From Paracoccaceae bacterium (GTDB taxonomy: Bacteria; Pseudomonadota; Alphaproteobacteria; Rhodobacterales; Rhodobacteraceae): 64,000 nt of DNA. Of this stretch, positions 8,064 to 17,821 are shown in pieces (positions within the stretch are counted from its first letter, which is position 1; every line of letters begins with the position of its first letter). The notes under the pieces are model-generated. The model ran no database searches. It saw only the letters and a program-made list of their open reading frames with translations, and was not told the origin of the DNA. A program made the position numbers and the translations under genes. Location of the stretch: positions 3,559,249 through 3,623,248 of the forward strand of contig CP121336.1 in assembly GCA_043553855.1 (NCBI GenBank), written 5' to 3'.

Positions 8064-9566
8064 ATGGAAACGGCAATGAAGATCCGTGGGTGGATCTTGG
8101 GGGATGGGCGCAGCATCCATTCTGTGGCGCGCGAGACGGGGATTTCGCGAACGACGATCAAAAAGTATCTGAAGGACCCGGAGCAACCGCGGTATCGGAG
8201 ACGGCAACCGCGTGTTGGGTCCAAGCTGAACGCGCAGTTCGAGGCGCGTCTGCGGGAACTTTTCAATCATGATCTGGCCCTTCGGCGGCGTGATCGGCGC
8301 ACAGCGAAGAAGCTATATGAAGAGCTTGTCGCGGAGGGCTACACGGGCTCCTATTCACCAGTTCAGCGGTTTGTCAGTGAGCTCAAGAAGTCATCGGGAA
8401 CCGACGGAACTGATGCATTCATCCCGCTCTATTTCGCGCCTGGCGATGCGCTTCAGTTCGACTGGAGCGAGGAATATGTCCTGTTAGGCGGTATCCAGCA
8501 CAAGGTTCACGTCGCCCATTTCCGCCTGTGCCACAGCCGCAAGCCTTTCGTCGTGGCCTATATGAACGAGAAGCAGGAGATGGTGCTCGATGCCTTTGTG
8601 CGGGCACTGACGTTCTTCGGCGGCGTCCCGCGTCGGGTGATCATCGACAACCCCAAGACCATGGTGACCTATGTCTCGCGATCGAAGGACCGGATCTTTC
8701 ACCCACGCTTTCTGGCCTTGATGAACCATTACGTCATCGAACCTGTCGCCTGCACGCCCGCTTCAGGATGGGAGAAGGGGCAGGTCGAGAACCAGGTGCA
8801 GTTTCTGCGTGGCGAGCTGTTCACTCCCAGGCTGGCCTTTGACGATCTGGCGGCGCTGAATGCCTGGCTTCTGCTGCGCTGCGAGGAACTGGCTGAACGC
8901 CGCCATACGGATCAACAGCATCGCACAATCGCCGAAGTCTTTGAGGATGAGAAGATCGAGCTGCGCCCGCTGGGCCGCCCTTTCGACGGTTATGTCGAAA
9001 AAACTCTGCGGGTCAGATCCACCTGCCTGGTGCAGTATAACAGCAATCGCTACAGCGTGCCGTGCGAACATGCGGGGCATCACGTCTCGTTGCGCGCCTA
9101 TGCTGATCGGCTTTTCATGATCGCAAACGACGAAATTATCGCTGAACATAAGCGGCGCTTTACACGCAATATCAGTTACTTCGAGCCCTGGCACTATGTG
9201 CCGCTGCTCGATCGCAAGCCCGGTGCGCTGCGTGATGGCGCACCTTTTGTCGGTTGGGAATTGCCCAAATCGATGGAGCAGATCAAGGATCACTACATGC
9301 GCGAGAAAGGTGGCGACCGGGAGTTTGTCGACCTGCTGCTGCTGGCACTTGAGCATGGCATCGACGTGGTCGAGATGGCCTGCGATCTGGCCGTCGAACA
9401 GCGCACCCTGCGCTTGCCGGCGATCATCAATCTGGTCAATCAGCTGCTGGAGCCGACAATCGCGCCACTGGCGGAGACACATGCCTATCCACAGCTGACC
9501 CTGCGCCCAGAGGCCGATTGCAAGCGATATGAAGCGCTGTGTGCTGCGGGGAGGGTTGCGGCATGA
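8064..9566 (+). CDS. istA: IS21-family transposase IstA
   Basis: N-terminal HTH ([20 protein letters not shown]) and a DDE core (..[15 protein letters not shown]..). The track ORF starts at TTG 8034; ATG 8064 is preferred, with GGAGGAAG upstream. The start is uncertain. Confidence 0.85.
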   Translation: METAMKIRGWILGDGRSIHSVARETGISRTTIKKYLKDPEQPRYRRRQPRVGSKLNAQFEARLRELFNHDLALRRRDRRTAKKLYEELVAEGYTGSYSPVQRFVSELKKSSGTDGTDAFIPLYFAPGDALQFDWSEEYVLLGGIQHKVHVAHFRLCHSRKPFVVAYMNEKQEMVLDAFVRALTFFGGVPRRVIIDNPKTMVTYVSRSKDRIFHPRFLALMNHYVIEPVACTPASGWEKGQVENQVQFLRGELFTPRLAFDDLAALNAWLLLRCEELAERRHTDQQHRTIAEVFEDEKIELRPLGRPFDGYVEKTLRVRSTCLVQYNSNRYSVPCEHAGHHVSLRAYADRLFMIANDEIIAEHKRRFTRNISYFEPWHYVPLLDRKPGALRDGAPFVGWELPKSMEQIKDHYMREKGGDREFVDLLLLALEHGIDVVEMACDLAVEQRTLRLPAIINLVNQLLEPTIAPLAETHAYPQLTLRPEADCKRYEALCAAGRVAA

Positions 9567-10294
9567 ACGCCCTCATCGACCAACTCGCTGCCCTCAGGCT
9601 TCATGGGATGGCAGCTTGCGCTCAGGATTTGCTTGCCGCGCGCACGCCACCCAGCCTGACAACAGCGCTGAAGACCTTGATCGAAGCCGAGACCAAAGAG
9701 CGGCGGGTGCGGTCCATCCAGTATCAGATGCGCATCGCGAAATTCCCCCACCACAAGGACTTCGCTACCTTCGATTACAGCGCAGCGACCGTCACGAAAG
9801 GGCAGATCGACCCGTTTTGCTCAGGCCAGTTCACCGATGACGCGCACAACATCATCCTCGTCGGTGGAACCGGCACCGGCAAGACGCACATTTCCATCGC
9901 GCTCGGGACCAATCTCGTCAATCGGGGTAAGCGGGTTCGCTTCTATAATGCCGTCGATCTGATCAATGCCCTCATTGCAGAGCAGGCCGAGGGCAACACC
10001 GGGAAGATCATCAAGCAACTGACCGCCCTGGATTGCGTCATCATCGACGAACTCGGCTATATCCCGTTCCCGAAATCCGGCGGGTCGCTGCTGTTTCATC
10101 TGATTAGCAAGCTGTATGAAACCACCAGTGTCATCATCACGACGAACCTTGAATTCGGCGAATGGGTGTCGGTGTTCGGCGATGCAAAGATGACCACCGC
10201 GCTGCTCGATCGTGTCACGCACCATTGCAGCATCATCGAGACCGGCAACACATCCTACCGCTTCGCCCAAAGCAAATCTCGAACCAAATCCTGA
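9563..10294 (+). CDS. istB: IS21-family helper ATPase IstB
   Basis: ATG 9563 overlaps the istA stop (ATGA). Walker [10 protein letters not shown] and Walker B VIIDELGY. Confidence 0.9.
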   Translation: MNALIDQLAALRLHGMAACAQDLLAARTPPSLTTALKTLIEAETKERRVRSIQYQMRIAKFPHHKDFATFDYSAATVTKGQIDPFCSGQFTDDAHNIILVGGTGTGKTHISIALGTNLVNRGKRVRFYNAVDLINALIAEQAEGNTGKIIKQLTALDCVIIDELGYIPFPKSGGSLLFHLISKLYETTSVIITTNLEFGEWVSVFGDAKMTTALLDRVTHHCSIIETGNTSYRFAQSKSRTKS

Positions 10295-10407
10295 AACAGA
10301 AAAAGCAAAGCCCACAGACGAGCCTGCTATATGGGGGCCGCTCGCCTGTGGGCTTTGCTCTCCCAGAGGTGGGTCATTTTTAAATGATCACACTGGGTCA
10401 GTTATGA

Positions 10408-10758
10408 ATGCAGATTGACAGTCATCAGACGAATGGTTGCTTTGTCGAAGAAATCGCATCGGCGTTAAAACGGTCGCTCGGCGACAGTCGGGCGGGTGTG
10501 AAGACTGTGGCGGCCTGGACGGGTGCCAACGAGAAGACGGTGAAGAACTGGTTCTCGGGCACCTACGGCCCGAGTGGCGCGCACCTGATTGCGCTGTCGC
10601 GGCACTCTGATGAGGTGCTGGGTGCGTTCCTGGCCATGGCAGGGCGCGAGGATCTGATGGTGGCCATCAAGCTCGCGGCTGCCGAAGACGCGATTTCGGA
10701 TCTGCTTGATGCCGTGCGTCAGCTTGGTGGGGACGACCCAGGCGGCAGGGTCAGCTGA
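10408..10758 (+). CDS. Helix-turn-helix domain protein; its 5' end lies inside the IS21 terminus (truncated or hybrid start)
   Basis: 116-aa ORF with an HTH-like segment (VKTVAAWTGANEKTVKNWFSG). The only in-frame start codon upstream of the HTH lies within the IS21 right inverted repeat (10408), so the native N-terminus is probably lost. Confidence 0.4.
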   Translation: MQIDSHQTNGCFVEEIASALKRSLGDSRAGVKTVAAWTGANEKTVKNWFSGTYGPSGAHLIALSRHSDEVLGAFLAMAGREDLMVAIKLAAAEDAISDLLDAVRQLGGDDPGGRVS

Positions 10759-11484
10759 TCAGTTGAGCGAACTGAAAGCTATTGTCCCTCAATGGCGCGC
10801 AGGATTTCGAAGCGATCCCGTACGGTGGAAACCTGCACAGGAGAGAGTTGGGCGCGTGAGCCATTCCCTCCGCCATTATCCCCATTGCGAACCAGTGACA
10901 CCGCCCTGACGGGCACGGATTTTTCCGTGTTATCAAAGGGGTTTACGGGAAATGACCGAACCTCATAGACGCGCCGCCTAGCCGAAGCTGGGCTCAGAAT
11001 GGCCCTCAGTCTCAGTTTGGGCGAACCTAGGCCATTCCGGCTCGGCACGTTTTCCTATTAGATTTCAATCCTCTGCCGCCGAACCCCGCCAAAACCCAAT
11101 CGCGCGATCCGAATGATATGAATGGCAACATAGAAAGAACACACGGTAGGCGCGTTGCTTGAGATGCCAGCGTAAAGTTGCGGATTGCTTGGGTGGTTTC
11201 GCATCCCAATCCCCCGTCGAAACCCGTGATGAAGAACCGTCTGGCACCGCTGGCGATTCAGGGACCCCGGATCGCCTCAATCTGGTGCAGAGGCCATACG
11301 GCGGCCTCGCAAAGGCGCGTCCTTCGAGCAGGATGGACATGTGCCGATGTCATCTTGCGAGCGGAGTGCGAGCTACCGTTGCGAGAGACCGAGCAATGAT
11401 CGGCTGGCCAAAGGTGTAGGTCACACTTGTTCTGTGTGCTTTGTTGGTTATTTTGAACACAGGAAAGATAACATTAGCAGCGCG

Positions 11485-11739
11485 ATGTCCCGAACGACAA
11501 CGATGACCGTCCGCCTTGGTGGGGCTTTGAGCGAATTCGTATCCGCCAATGTGGGCGATGACGGGTCTTACGAGAACGTCAGCGAATACATCTGTGACCT
11601 AATCCGCCGGGACAAGGAGAGAGCGGAGCAGGAAGCATTCAGCAGGTTGAAGGCCGAGTTGACGCATGCCTTCTCCGCGCCGGAGGACTCCTATCAGTCG
11701 CTGACGGCGGCCGAGGTAATCGCGCGGAATCGGGCCTGA
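11485..11739 (+). CDS. parD: ParD/CopG-type ribbon-helix-helix antitoxin
   Basis: 84-aa product MSRTTTMTVRLGGALSEFVSANVGDDGSYENVSEYICDLIRRDKERAEQEAF.. matches the ParD-family pattern (beta-strand, then SEYIRDLIRRD helix). The longer track ORF from 11341 has an implausible leader. Confidence 0.6.
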   Translation: MSRTTTMTVRLGGALSEFVSANVGDDGSYENVSEYICDLIRRDKERAEQEAFSRLKAELTHAFSAPEDSYQSLTAAEVIARNRA

Positions 11740-11814
11740 CCCGGTGCCCGCTGGACGCGTCGCGGTTTGATGCCGCTCCTTTGATAGCATTTATTGCAGC
11801 AAAGGAGACAAACT

Positions 11815-12090
11815 ATGGGACTGAAGCGAACGGACGAGTTTCGCGCTGATGCGGTGCGGATCGCACTGACCAGCGGGCTGACACGCAAACAGGTGGCATC
11901 AGATTTGGGCGTTGGCCTTTCGACGCTGAACAAGTGGGTGACGGCGCATCGTGACACCGATGTTGTGTCGGACAAGGATCTGGACCTCGCCCGTGAAAAC
12001 GAGCGACTTCGACGGGAGAACCGTATTCTCAAGGAGGAGAGGGATATTCTAAAAAAGGCCACAGCCTTCTTCGCGAGCCAAAAGCCATGA
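11815..12090 (+). CDS. IS3-family transposase OrfA (HTH + leucine zipper)
   Basis: AAGGAG lies 7 nt upstream of ATG 11815. HTH (LTRKQVASDLGVGLSTLNKWV) and heptad Leu/Arg repeats (ENERLRRENRILKEERDILKKA). Confidence 0.85.
   Translation: MGLKRTDEFRADAVRIALTSGLTRKQVASDLGVGLSTLNKWVTAHRDTDVVSDKDLDLARENERLRRENRILKEERDILKKATAFFASQKP
12060..12066 (+). promoter_or_regulatory. Programmed -1 ribosomal frameshift heptamer A AAA AAG (IS3 OrfAB fusion)
   Basis: AAAAAAG is in the orfA zero frame, 22 nt before the orfA stop. orfB is in the -1 frame relative to orfA. Confidence 0.6.
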
Positions 12091-12944
12091 GGTTCCGGTT
12101 CATTGAAGAGCATGGCTGCGAATTCCCAATCAACCGCCTTTGCCAGGTTCTGGACGTCAGCGCTCGCGGACTGCGTGCCTATCGCAGCCGTCCAGCCAGT
12201 CAAAGACAGCGAACCGATCTCGTGGTTCTGGCTCACATCAAAGAGCAATCCCGTCTCAGCTTGGGCAGCTATGGTCGGCCACGGATAACGGAAGAACTGA
12301 AAGAGCTTGGCTTAAACGTCGGTCATCGCCGTGTCGGTCGGCTGATGCGTGAGAATGGCATACGGGTTGAAAGATCCAAGAAATACAAGGTCACGACTGA
12401 CAGCAACCACGCCTTCAACATCGCGCCGAACCTGTTGAACCGGGACTTCCGCGCAGATCGCCCGAACCAGAAATGGGCAGGTGACATCAGCTATGTCTGG
12501 ACGCGTGAGGGATGGTTGTATCTGGCAGTGATCCTGGACCTGCATTCCCGGCGCGTCATCGGTTGGGCGGTCAGCAACAGGATGAAGCGTGATCTCGCAA
12601 TCCGGGCATTGAAGATGGCCGTGGCACTGCGGCAACCGCCCAAAGGATGCATCCATCACACGGATCGCGGCAGCCAATACTGTTCTCACGATTATCAAAA
12701 GCTCCTGCGCCAGCATGGGTTACAGGTATCGATGAGCGGTAAAGGCAATTGTTATGACAACGCGGCGGTCGAAACCTTCTTCAAAACAATCAAGGCTGAG
12801 CTAATCTGGCGCCGGTCTTGGCTAACGCGACGGGCAGCAGAGATGGCAATCTTCAACTACATAAACGGCTTCTACAATCCGCGCCGCCGTCACTCAGCAC
12901 TGGGCTGGAAAAGCCCTGTCGCGTTCGAACGGAAAGTGGCTTAA
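12087..12944 (+). CDS. IS3-family transposase OrfB (DDE integrase core)
   Basis: ..NQKWAGDISYVWT..HTDRGSQYCS..CYDNAAVETFFKTIK.. gives the DD(35)E rve-type motifs. Confidence 0.9.
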   Translation: MRFRFIEEHGCEFPINRLCQVLDVSARGLRAYRSRPASQRQRTDLVVLAHIKEQSRLSLGSYGRPRITEELKELGLNVGHRRVGRLMRENGIRVERSKKYKVTTDSNHAFNIAPNLLNRDFRADRPNQKWAGDISYVWTREGWLYLAVILDLHSRRVIGWAVSNRMKRDLAIRALKMAVALRQPPKGCIHHTDRGSQYCSHDYQKLLRQHGLQVSMSGKGNCYDNAAVETFFKTIKAELIWRRSWLTRRAAEMAIFNYINGFYNPRRRHSALGWKSPVAFERKVA

Positions 12945-12965
12945 CGAGCACTTGGGGCGGCACGA

Positions 12966-13116
12966 ATACGTGACAGGTCCATTATCCCCGCCATCGTCGG
13001 CGGTACTGGTGGTTGGAACCAGATACGGGTTTCTTGAGCGGTGCGATGGATCGCCAAGACGCGACCCTTCGGGGTCTGAAACCCGACGACGTAGTCTGTT
13101 GCTGCCTTGGCAGCCA
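12966..13116 (-). pseudogene. 3' fragment of a split hypothetical ORF (continues from 18198-18258)
   Basis: Minus-strand frame is open across the whole segment: (M)AAKAATDYVVGFQTPKGRVLAIHRTAQETRIWFQPPVPPTMAGIMDLSRI. It joins in frame to the fragment on the other side of IS256 copy A. Confidence 0.3.
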
Positions 13117-14081
13117 GGGAGTGTCATGAAGTCTGTGTATCTGGTCCGGCCCATGCGGGTTTCAGATACGGTCACGCATTGAAGCGTTCGTCGAACATGA
13201 TAGCGAATTGATTGCGGGCGGCAAACCACTCTCGGACATTCCGTCCTCCTTTCTTGAAGTTGCGGATGGCCAGGTAGATCAGCTTCGTCGCGGCCTCCTC
13301 GGTTGGGAATGAACCGCGCGTCTTGATCGATTTCCGGATTACCCGGTTCAGGCTTTCGATGGCATTGGTGGTGTAGATGATCTTGCGGATCGCGGGATCG
13401 AAAGCGAAGAACGGGATTACCTCCTGCCATGCTCTCCGCCATGCCGGGGCAATCGAGGCGTATTTCTTGGCCCATTTTTCCTCAAAGGCGTCCAGCTCAG
13501 CGGCAGCCTGTTCGGCCGTCGGGGCACCGTATATCAGGCGAAGGTCGGCGGCCACCGCCTTGCGATCCTTCCAGGCGCAGAAGTTCAGAGAATGGCGCAC
13601 CAGATGCACGATGCAGGTCTGGACCGCGGCGTCCGGGAAAGCGGCTGTGATGGCCTCGGGAAAGCCCTTCAGCCCATCTACGACCGCGATCAGCACGTCC
13701 TGAACCCCGCGGTTCTTCAGTTCGTTCATCACAGACAGCCAGAACTTGGCACCTTCGTTGTCGGCAATCCAGAGGCCGAGAACCTCGCGGACGCCGTCTC
13801 TGCTGACGCCCAAGGCCACGTAGACGGCCTTGTTCTTGACCATGCGGCTGTCAGCGTCGCGGATTTTGACCCGGAGCGCGTCGAATATCACGATGGGATA
13901 CATCCGCTCCAGCGCCCGGGATTGCCATTCGCGAACCTCGTCCAACACAGCGTCGGTAACCCGGCTGATCAGGTCTGGAGAAACCTGTAGGCCGTAGACG
14001 TCCTCAAGGTGGGCGCGGATGTCACGGACCGTCAAGCCAGCGGCATAGAGACCGATGATTTTGTCATCTATTCCGTCGATC
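13117..14081 (-). mobile_element. IS256-family element (type 2), copy A, 3' segment
   Basis: Sequence is identical in register to intact copy B from its left terminus GGGAGTGTCATGAAG. It is interrupted at 14081/14082 by IS66 copy 2. Confidence 0.9.
13172..14081 (-). pseudogene. IS256-family transposase of copy A, C-terminal part
   Basis: From ..IDGIDDKIIGLYAAGL.. to the stop, the translation is identical to the intact 404-aa transposase of copy B. The upstream part of the track ORF (to 14485) is read-through into IS66. Confidence 0.9.
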
Positions 14082-14488
14082 GTAAGCGTCCGGCCTTCCT
14101 GCTCTGACGCGCCATAGAGTGTGTTGATAAGTGTCCACCATTGATAGTGGACATCTTGAGGGCAGATATGGCGGGTAAGAAGGGTCAGAAGAAGCGGTTC
14201 TGGTCGGATGAGGAGAAGGTGTCGATCTGCGCGCAAACATGTGCGCCGGGTGTTTCGGTCGCGCAAGTTGCCCGACGTTACGCAATGAACACTAATCTGA
14301 TCCACAAATGGCTGCGTGATCCCAAGTTTGCGCCGGATCCGGAGATCGTTGAAGAACAGGTTGCTGCGACGCCATGCTTTCTCCCGGTCGAGATTGTGGA
14401 CCGGCCTCAGACCAAAGACACGGCCCCAACAACTGACGCCAAGTCCGCACAAAGCACGATTGAGATCGATATCGCAGGCGGTCACCGT

Positions 14489-15821
14489 GGGAGTGTCATG
14501 AAGTCTGTGTATCTGGTCCGGCCCATGCGGGTTTCAGATACGGTCACGCATTGAAGCGTTCGTCGAACATGATAGCGAATTGATTGCGGGCGGCAAACCA
14601 CTCTCGGACATTCCGTCCTCCTTTCTTGAAGTTGCGGATGGCCAGGTAGATCAGCTTCGTCGCGGCCTCCTCGGTTGGGAATGAACCGCGCGTCTTGATC
14701 GATTTCCGGATTACCCGGTTCAGGCTTTCGATGGCATTGGTGGTGTAGATGATCTTGCGGATCGCGGGATCGAAAGCGAAGAACGGGATTACCTCCTGCC
14801 ATGCTCTCCGCCATGCCGGGGCAATCGAGGCGTATTTCTTGGCCCATTTTTCCTCAAAGGCGTCCAGCTCAGCGGCAGCCTGTTCGGCCGTCGGGGCACC
14901 GTATATCAGGCGAAGGTCGGCGGCCACCGCCTTGCGATCCTTCCAGGCGCAGAAGTTCAGAGAATGGCGCACCAGATGCACGATGCAGGTCTGGACCGCG
15001 GCGTCCGGGAAAGCGGCTGTGATGGCCTCGGGAAAGCCCTTCAGCCCATCTACGACCGCGATCAGCACGTCCTGAACCCCGCGGTTCTTCAGTTCGTTCA
15101 TCACAGACAGCCAGAACTTGGCACCTTCGTTGTCGGCAATCCAGAGGCCGAGAACCTCGCGGACGCCGTCTCTGCTGACGCCCAAGGCCACGTAGACGGC
15201 CTTGTTCTTGACCATGCGGCTGTCAGCGTCGCGGATTTTGACCCGGAGCGCGTCGAATATCACGATGGGATACATCCGCTCCAGCGCCCGGGATTGCCAT
15301 TCGCGAACCTCGTCCAACACAGCGTCGGTAACCCGGCTGATCAGGTCTGGAGAAACCTGTAGGCCGTAGACGTCCTCAAGGTGGGCGCGGATGTCACGGA
15401 CCGTCAAGCCAGCGGCATAGAGACCGATGATTTTGTCATCTATTCCGTCGATCCGGGTCTGGCCTTTCTTGACCAGTGCAGGCTCGAAACTGCCGTCCCG
15501 GTCACGCGGCACGGCGATTGGCACCTCGCCGTCCTGACCCTTCAGCCGCTTACTGGCTGTGCCGTTGCGCCGGTTGGACTGACCAAGAGGAGCATCCTTG
15601 CCTTCTTCATAACCAAGATGCGCGGTCAGCTCAGCTCCCAGCATGCGTTCCATCAACTTGATCCTGAGCTCTTTCATCAGCCCGGTATCGCCAAGCAGAT
15701 CTTCAGGCCGTTCGCAGCCCTTCAAAAGTTCGTCCAGTAATTCCTTGGAAATCGTCATCGTCCTTGCTCCTCTCAGGAAGCATGGACCAAAGCGCAGTTA
15801 CACAGAAGATCGGACACTCTC
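14489..15821 (-). mobile_element. IS256-family element (type 2), copy B, intact (1333 bp)
   Basis: Imperfect inverted repeats: GGGAGTGTCATGAAGTCTGTGTATCTG against the reverse complement GAGAGTGTCCGATCTTCTGTGTAACTG. The 8-bp TSD GTCACCGT lies at 14481-14488 and 15822-15829. Confidence 0.92.
14544..15758 (-). CDS. IS256-family (Mutator-like) transposase, intact
   Basis: 404-aa ORF with IS256 hallmarks (..VIFDALRVKIRD..LIAVVDGLKGF..YTTNAIESLN..). Confidence 0.9.
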   Translation of the reverse strand: MTISKELLDELLKGCERPEDLLGDTGLMKELRIKLMERMLGAELTAHLGYEEGKDAPLGQSNRRNGTASKRLKGQDGEVPIAVPRDRDGSFEPALVKKGQTRIDGIDDKIIGLYAAGLTVRDIRAHLEDVYGLQVSPDLISRVTDAVLDEVREWQSRALERMYPIVIFDALRVKIRDADSRMVKNKAVYVALGVSRDGVREVLGLWIADNEGAKFWLSVMNELKNRGVQDVLIAVVDGLKGFPEAITAAFPDAAVQTCIVHLVRHSLNFCAWKDRKAVAADLRLIYGAPTAEQAAAELDAFEEKWAKKYASIAPAWRRAWQEVIPFFAFDPAIRKIIYTTNAIESLNRVIRKSIKTRGSFPTEEAATKLIYLAIRNFKKGGRNVREWFAARNQFAIMFDERFNA

Positions 15822-15891
15822 GTCACCGTCTAAGGATCATTGGCGGTTATGATCCCGAAGCCTTGGCCCATCTGATCCGGGGCCTTTCTGC

Positions 15892-16239
15892 ATGATCCCT
15901 GTTCCGGCGAACACACGGGTCTGGCTTGCGGCTGGCGTGACCGACATGCGGCGTGGGTTCACGACGCTGGCAGCCCAAGCGGAGCAAACACTGAAGCAAG
16001 ATCCGTTCACAGGGCATCTGTTCGTCTTCCGTGGACGTCGCGGTGACCTGATCAAGATCATCTGGTGGGATGGACAAGGTGCGTGCCTGTTCAGCAAGCG
16101 ACTTGAGAAGGGTCGGTTTGTCTGGCCATCGGCCAAAGAAGGCAAGATCGCCCTGACCGCTGCGCAGTTGGCGATGCTGTTGGAAGGTATCGACTGGCGT
16201 CTGCCACAACGCAGTTGGACACCACTCAAGGCGGGATAA
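15892..16239 (+). CDS. tnpB: IS66 accessory protein TnpB
   Basis: [23 protein letters not shown]...[27 protein letters not shown].. is a typical IS66 Orf2. Confidence 0.9.
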   Translation: MIPVPANTRVWLAAGVTDMRRGFTTLAAQAEQTLKQDPFTGHLFVFRGRRGDLIKIIWWDGQGACLFSKRLEKGRFVWPSAKEGKIALTAAQLAMLLEGIDWRLPQRSWTPLKAG

Positions 16240-16299
16240 ATCGGCAATACACGCACATGCAGGATTCCCGTTGGACCCTTGTTTTGCTATGTTTTGACC

Positions 16300-17799
16300 A
16301 TGCTGAACGTCGACAAAACCCTGCCGAAAGACCCTGATGAACTGCGACAGTTCACAGCACTTTTGCTGGCCGAAGTGAGGTCACAGGCTGTGCTGATTGA
16401 GAAGTTGCGCCATCAATTGGCCGGTCAACGCCATCACCGGTTCGGATCGTCATCAGAAAGCATTGAACAACTGCAACTGGCCTTGGAAACGAGCGAGATC
16501 GCGGTTGCCAAGATGACCGCGAAGCTGCGCCTTCCCGATGAGGAGCCGAAGGATAAACCCAAACGCCGCCCGATCCCCGATCACATCCCGCGCATGGAAG
16601 TCGAATTGACCACGGGCGATGATGATTGCGCCCATTGCAGTGGTGGATTGCGTCGTCTCGGAGAAGATGTGACCGAAGAGTTGGAATACGTTCCCGGCCG
16701 GTTCATCGTAAACCGCATCGTGCGACCGCGCTTTGCCTGTTCGGGCTGTGAAGCGTTCACACAAGCCGCATTACCATCACGCCCAATCGAACGTGGACGT
16801 CCAGGTCCCGGCCTGCTGGCGCATGTACTGGTCAACAAATACGCGGACCACCTGCCGCTCTATCGCCAAAGCGGAATCTTTGAGCGCGACGGGATCGACA
16901 TTGATCGCTCCACGCTGGCCGATTGGGTTGGCAAGTCCACAGCACTTTTGGAACCACTTGCTGATGCGATCGGACGGCATGTGCTCGCGGGACAGGCCAT
17001 CTTCGCAGACGACACGCCCGTGAAGATGCTGGCCCCCGGCACCGGTAAAACCGCGACGGCGCGGTTATGGGCATATGGCCGAGATGAACGGCCCTGGGGC
17101 AGTGATGTCCCGCCTGCCAGTTGGTATCAGTTCTCGCCTGATCGCAAAGGGCAGCATCCCAAAGACCATCTCGCAAAGTATGAAGGCTGGATGCATGCAG
17201 ACGGCTACGCCGGGTTCGAGGACCTCTATCGTTCCGGCGACATCCGAGAGGTTGCCTGCATGGCGCATGTCAGGCGCAAGTTCGTCGATATCCACCGCGC
17301 TCAAGGCTCGGCCATCGCGGACGAGGCCATCCAGCGCATCGCGCAACTCTACGCAGTCGAGAAGGAGGCACGCGGGTCGCCGCCGGATAAACGCATCGAA
17401 CTCCGACAAGCGAAGGCAAAGCTGGTTTTTGATGACCTGGAAGTCTGGCTGCACGCCCAACTGCCCAGTATCTCTGGCAAATCGCCGCTAGCAGGTGCAA
17501 TCCGCTATGCCCTGACGCGCATGGCGCGGCTGCGGCCCTACCTCGATCACGGCATCTTGGAACTGGACAACAACACCGCCGAACGGGCCATGCGGGCCGT
17601 TGCTATTGGTCGCAAAAACTACCTGTTCGTTGGATCACAAACCGGCGGCAAGGCCGCCGCTATCGCCTACACCCTGATCGAAACTGCCAAACTGAACGGT
17701 ATCGATCCGCAGGCATGGTTGGCCGATACGCTCGCTCGCATTCCAGACTACAAGATCAACCGTGTTGATGATCTGCTGCCTTGGAAAACCACACCATAG
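16300..17799 (+). CDS. tnpC: IS66-family transposase TnpC
   Basis: Homologous to the copy-1 TnpC (..NKYADHLPLYRQS..FADDTPVKML..ACMAHVRRKF..LLPWK). ATG 16300 is preferred to the TTG at 16279. Confidence 0.9.
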   Translation: MLNVDKTLPKDPDELRQFTALLLAEVRSQAVLIEKLRHQLAGQRHHRFGSSSESIEQLQLALETSEIAVAKMTAKLRLPDEEPKDKPKRRPIPDHIPRMEVELTTGDDDCAHCSGGLRRLGEDVTEELEYVPGRFIVNRIVRPRFACSGCEAFTQAALPSRPIERGRPGPGLLAHVLVNKYADHLPLYRQSGIFERDGIDIDRSTLADWVGKSTALLEPLADAIGRHVLAGQAIFADDTPVKMLAPGTGKTATARLWAYGRDERPWGSDVPPASWYQFSPDRKGQHPKDHLAKYEGWMHADGYAGFEDLYRSGDIREVACMAHVRRKFVDIHRAQGSAIADEAIQRIAQLYAVEKEARGSPPDKRIELRQAKAKLVFDDLEVWLHAQLPSISGKSPLAGAIRYALTRMARLRPYLDHGILELDNNTAERAMRAVAIGRKNYLFVGSQTGGKAAAIAYTLIETAKLNGIDPQAWLADTLARIPDYKINRVDDLLPWKTTP

Positions 17800-17821
17800 G
17801 GCAGTCAGACCGGACGCTTAC

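Larger units (their letters stand above)
7948..10420 (+). mobile_element. IS21-family insertion sequence (istA-istB)
   Basis: 27-nt terminal inverted repeats, 22/27 identical: TGTGAATCGGCATGCAAAAGTGACCCA at 7948-7974 against the reverse complement of 10394-10420. Additional internal TGACCCACC repeats lie near both ends. istA and istB overlap by ATGA. Confidence 0.85.
11768..12965 (+). mobile_element. IS3-family insertion sequence
   Basis: orfA/orfB arrangement with an A6G slippery site. Putative termini are TGATGCCGCTCC (11768-) against the reverse complement of GGGGCGGCACGA (-12965), 10/12 matching. The ends are approximate and no TSD was resolved. Confidence 0.65.
14168..15895 (+). pseudogene. 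tnpA: IS66 tnpA interrupted by IS256 copy B (exons 14168-14488 and 15830-15895)
   Basis: MAGKKGQKKRFWSDEEKVSICAQTCAPGVSVAQVARRY...IAGGHR | [21 protein letters not shown]. The two parts join in frame once the IS and one TSD copy are removed. The stop overlaps the tnpB ATG (ATGA at 15892-15895). Confidence 0.85.
14082..17821 (+). mobile_element. IS66-family element, copy 2 (tnpA-tnpB-tnpC), inserted in IS256 copy A and itself carrying IS256 copy B
   Basis: Termini are GTAAGCGTCCGG (14082-) and its reverse complement CCGGACGCTTAC (-17821). The 8-bp TSD CGTCGATC lies at 14074-14081 and 17822-17829. Native length after removing IS256-B and its TSD is 2399 bp. Confidence 0.92.

Noticed and set aside
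10779-11048. 89-aa minus-strand ORF ending ..SRAQLSPVQVSTVRDRFEILRAIEGQ, which I considered as a recombinase/resolvase C-terminal relic
   Set aside because: The resemblance to a resolvase HTH tail is vague. There is no catalytic-domain sequence upstream, and other equally long ORFs overlap it on both strands.
11694-12248. 184-aa minus-strand ORF spanning the parD 3' end and the IS3 orfA
   Set aside because: It is antisense to two well-supported genes and crosses the IS3 boundary, so it cannot be a native gene.
12952-13182. 76-aa plus-strand ORF between IS3 and IS256-A, considered as the missing ParE toxin
   Set aside because: The sequence (MGRHEYVTGPLSPPSSAVLVVGTRYGFLERCDGSPRRD..) has no RelE/ParE character and reads through into the IS256 terminus. 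The opposite strand gives the more gene-like frame.
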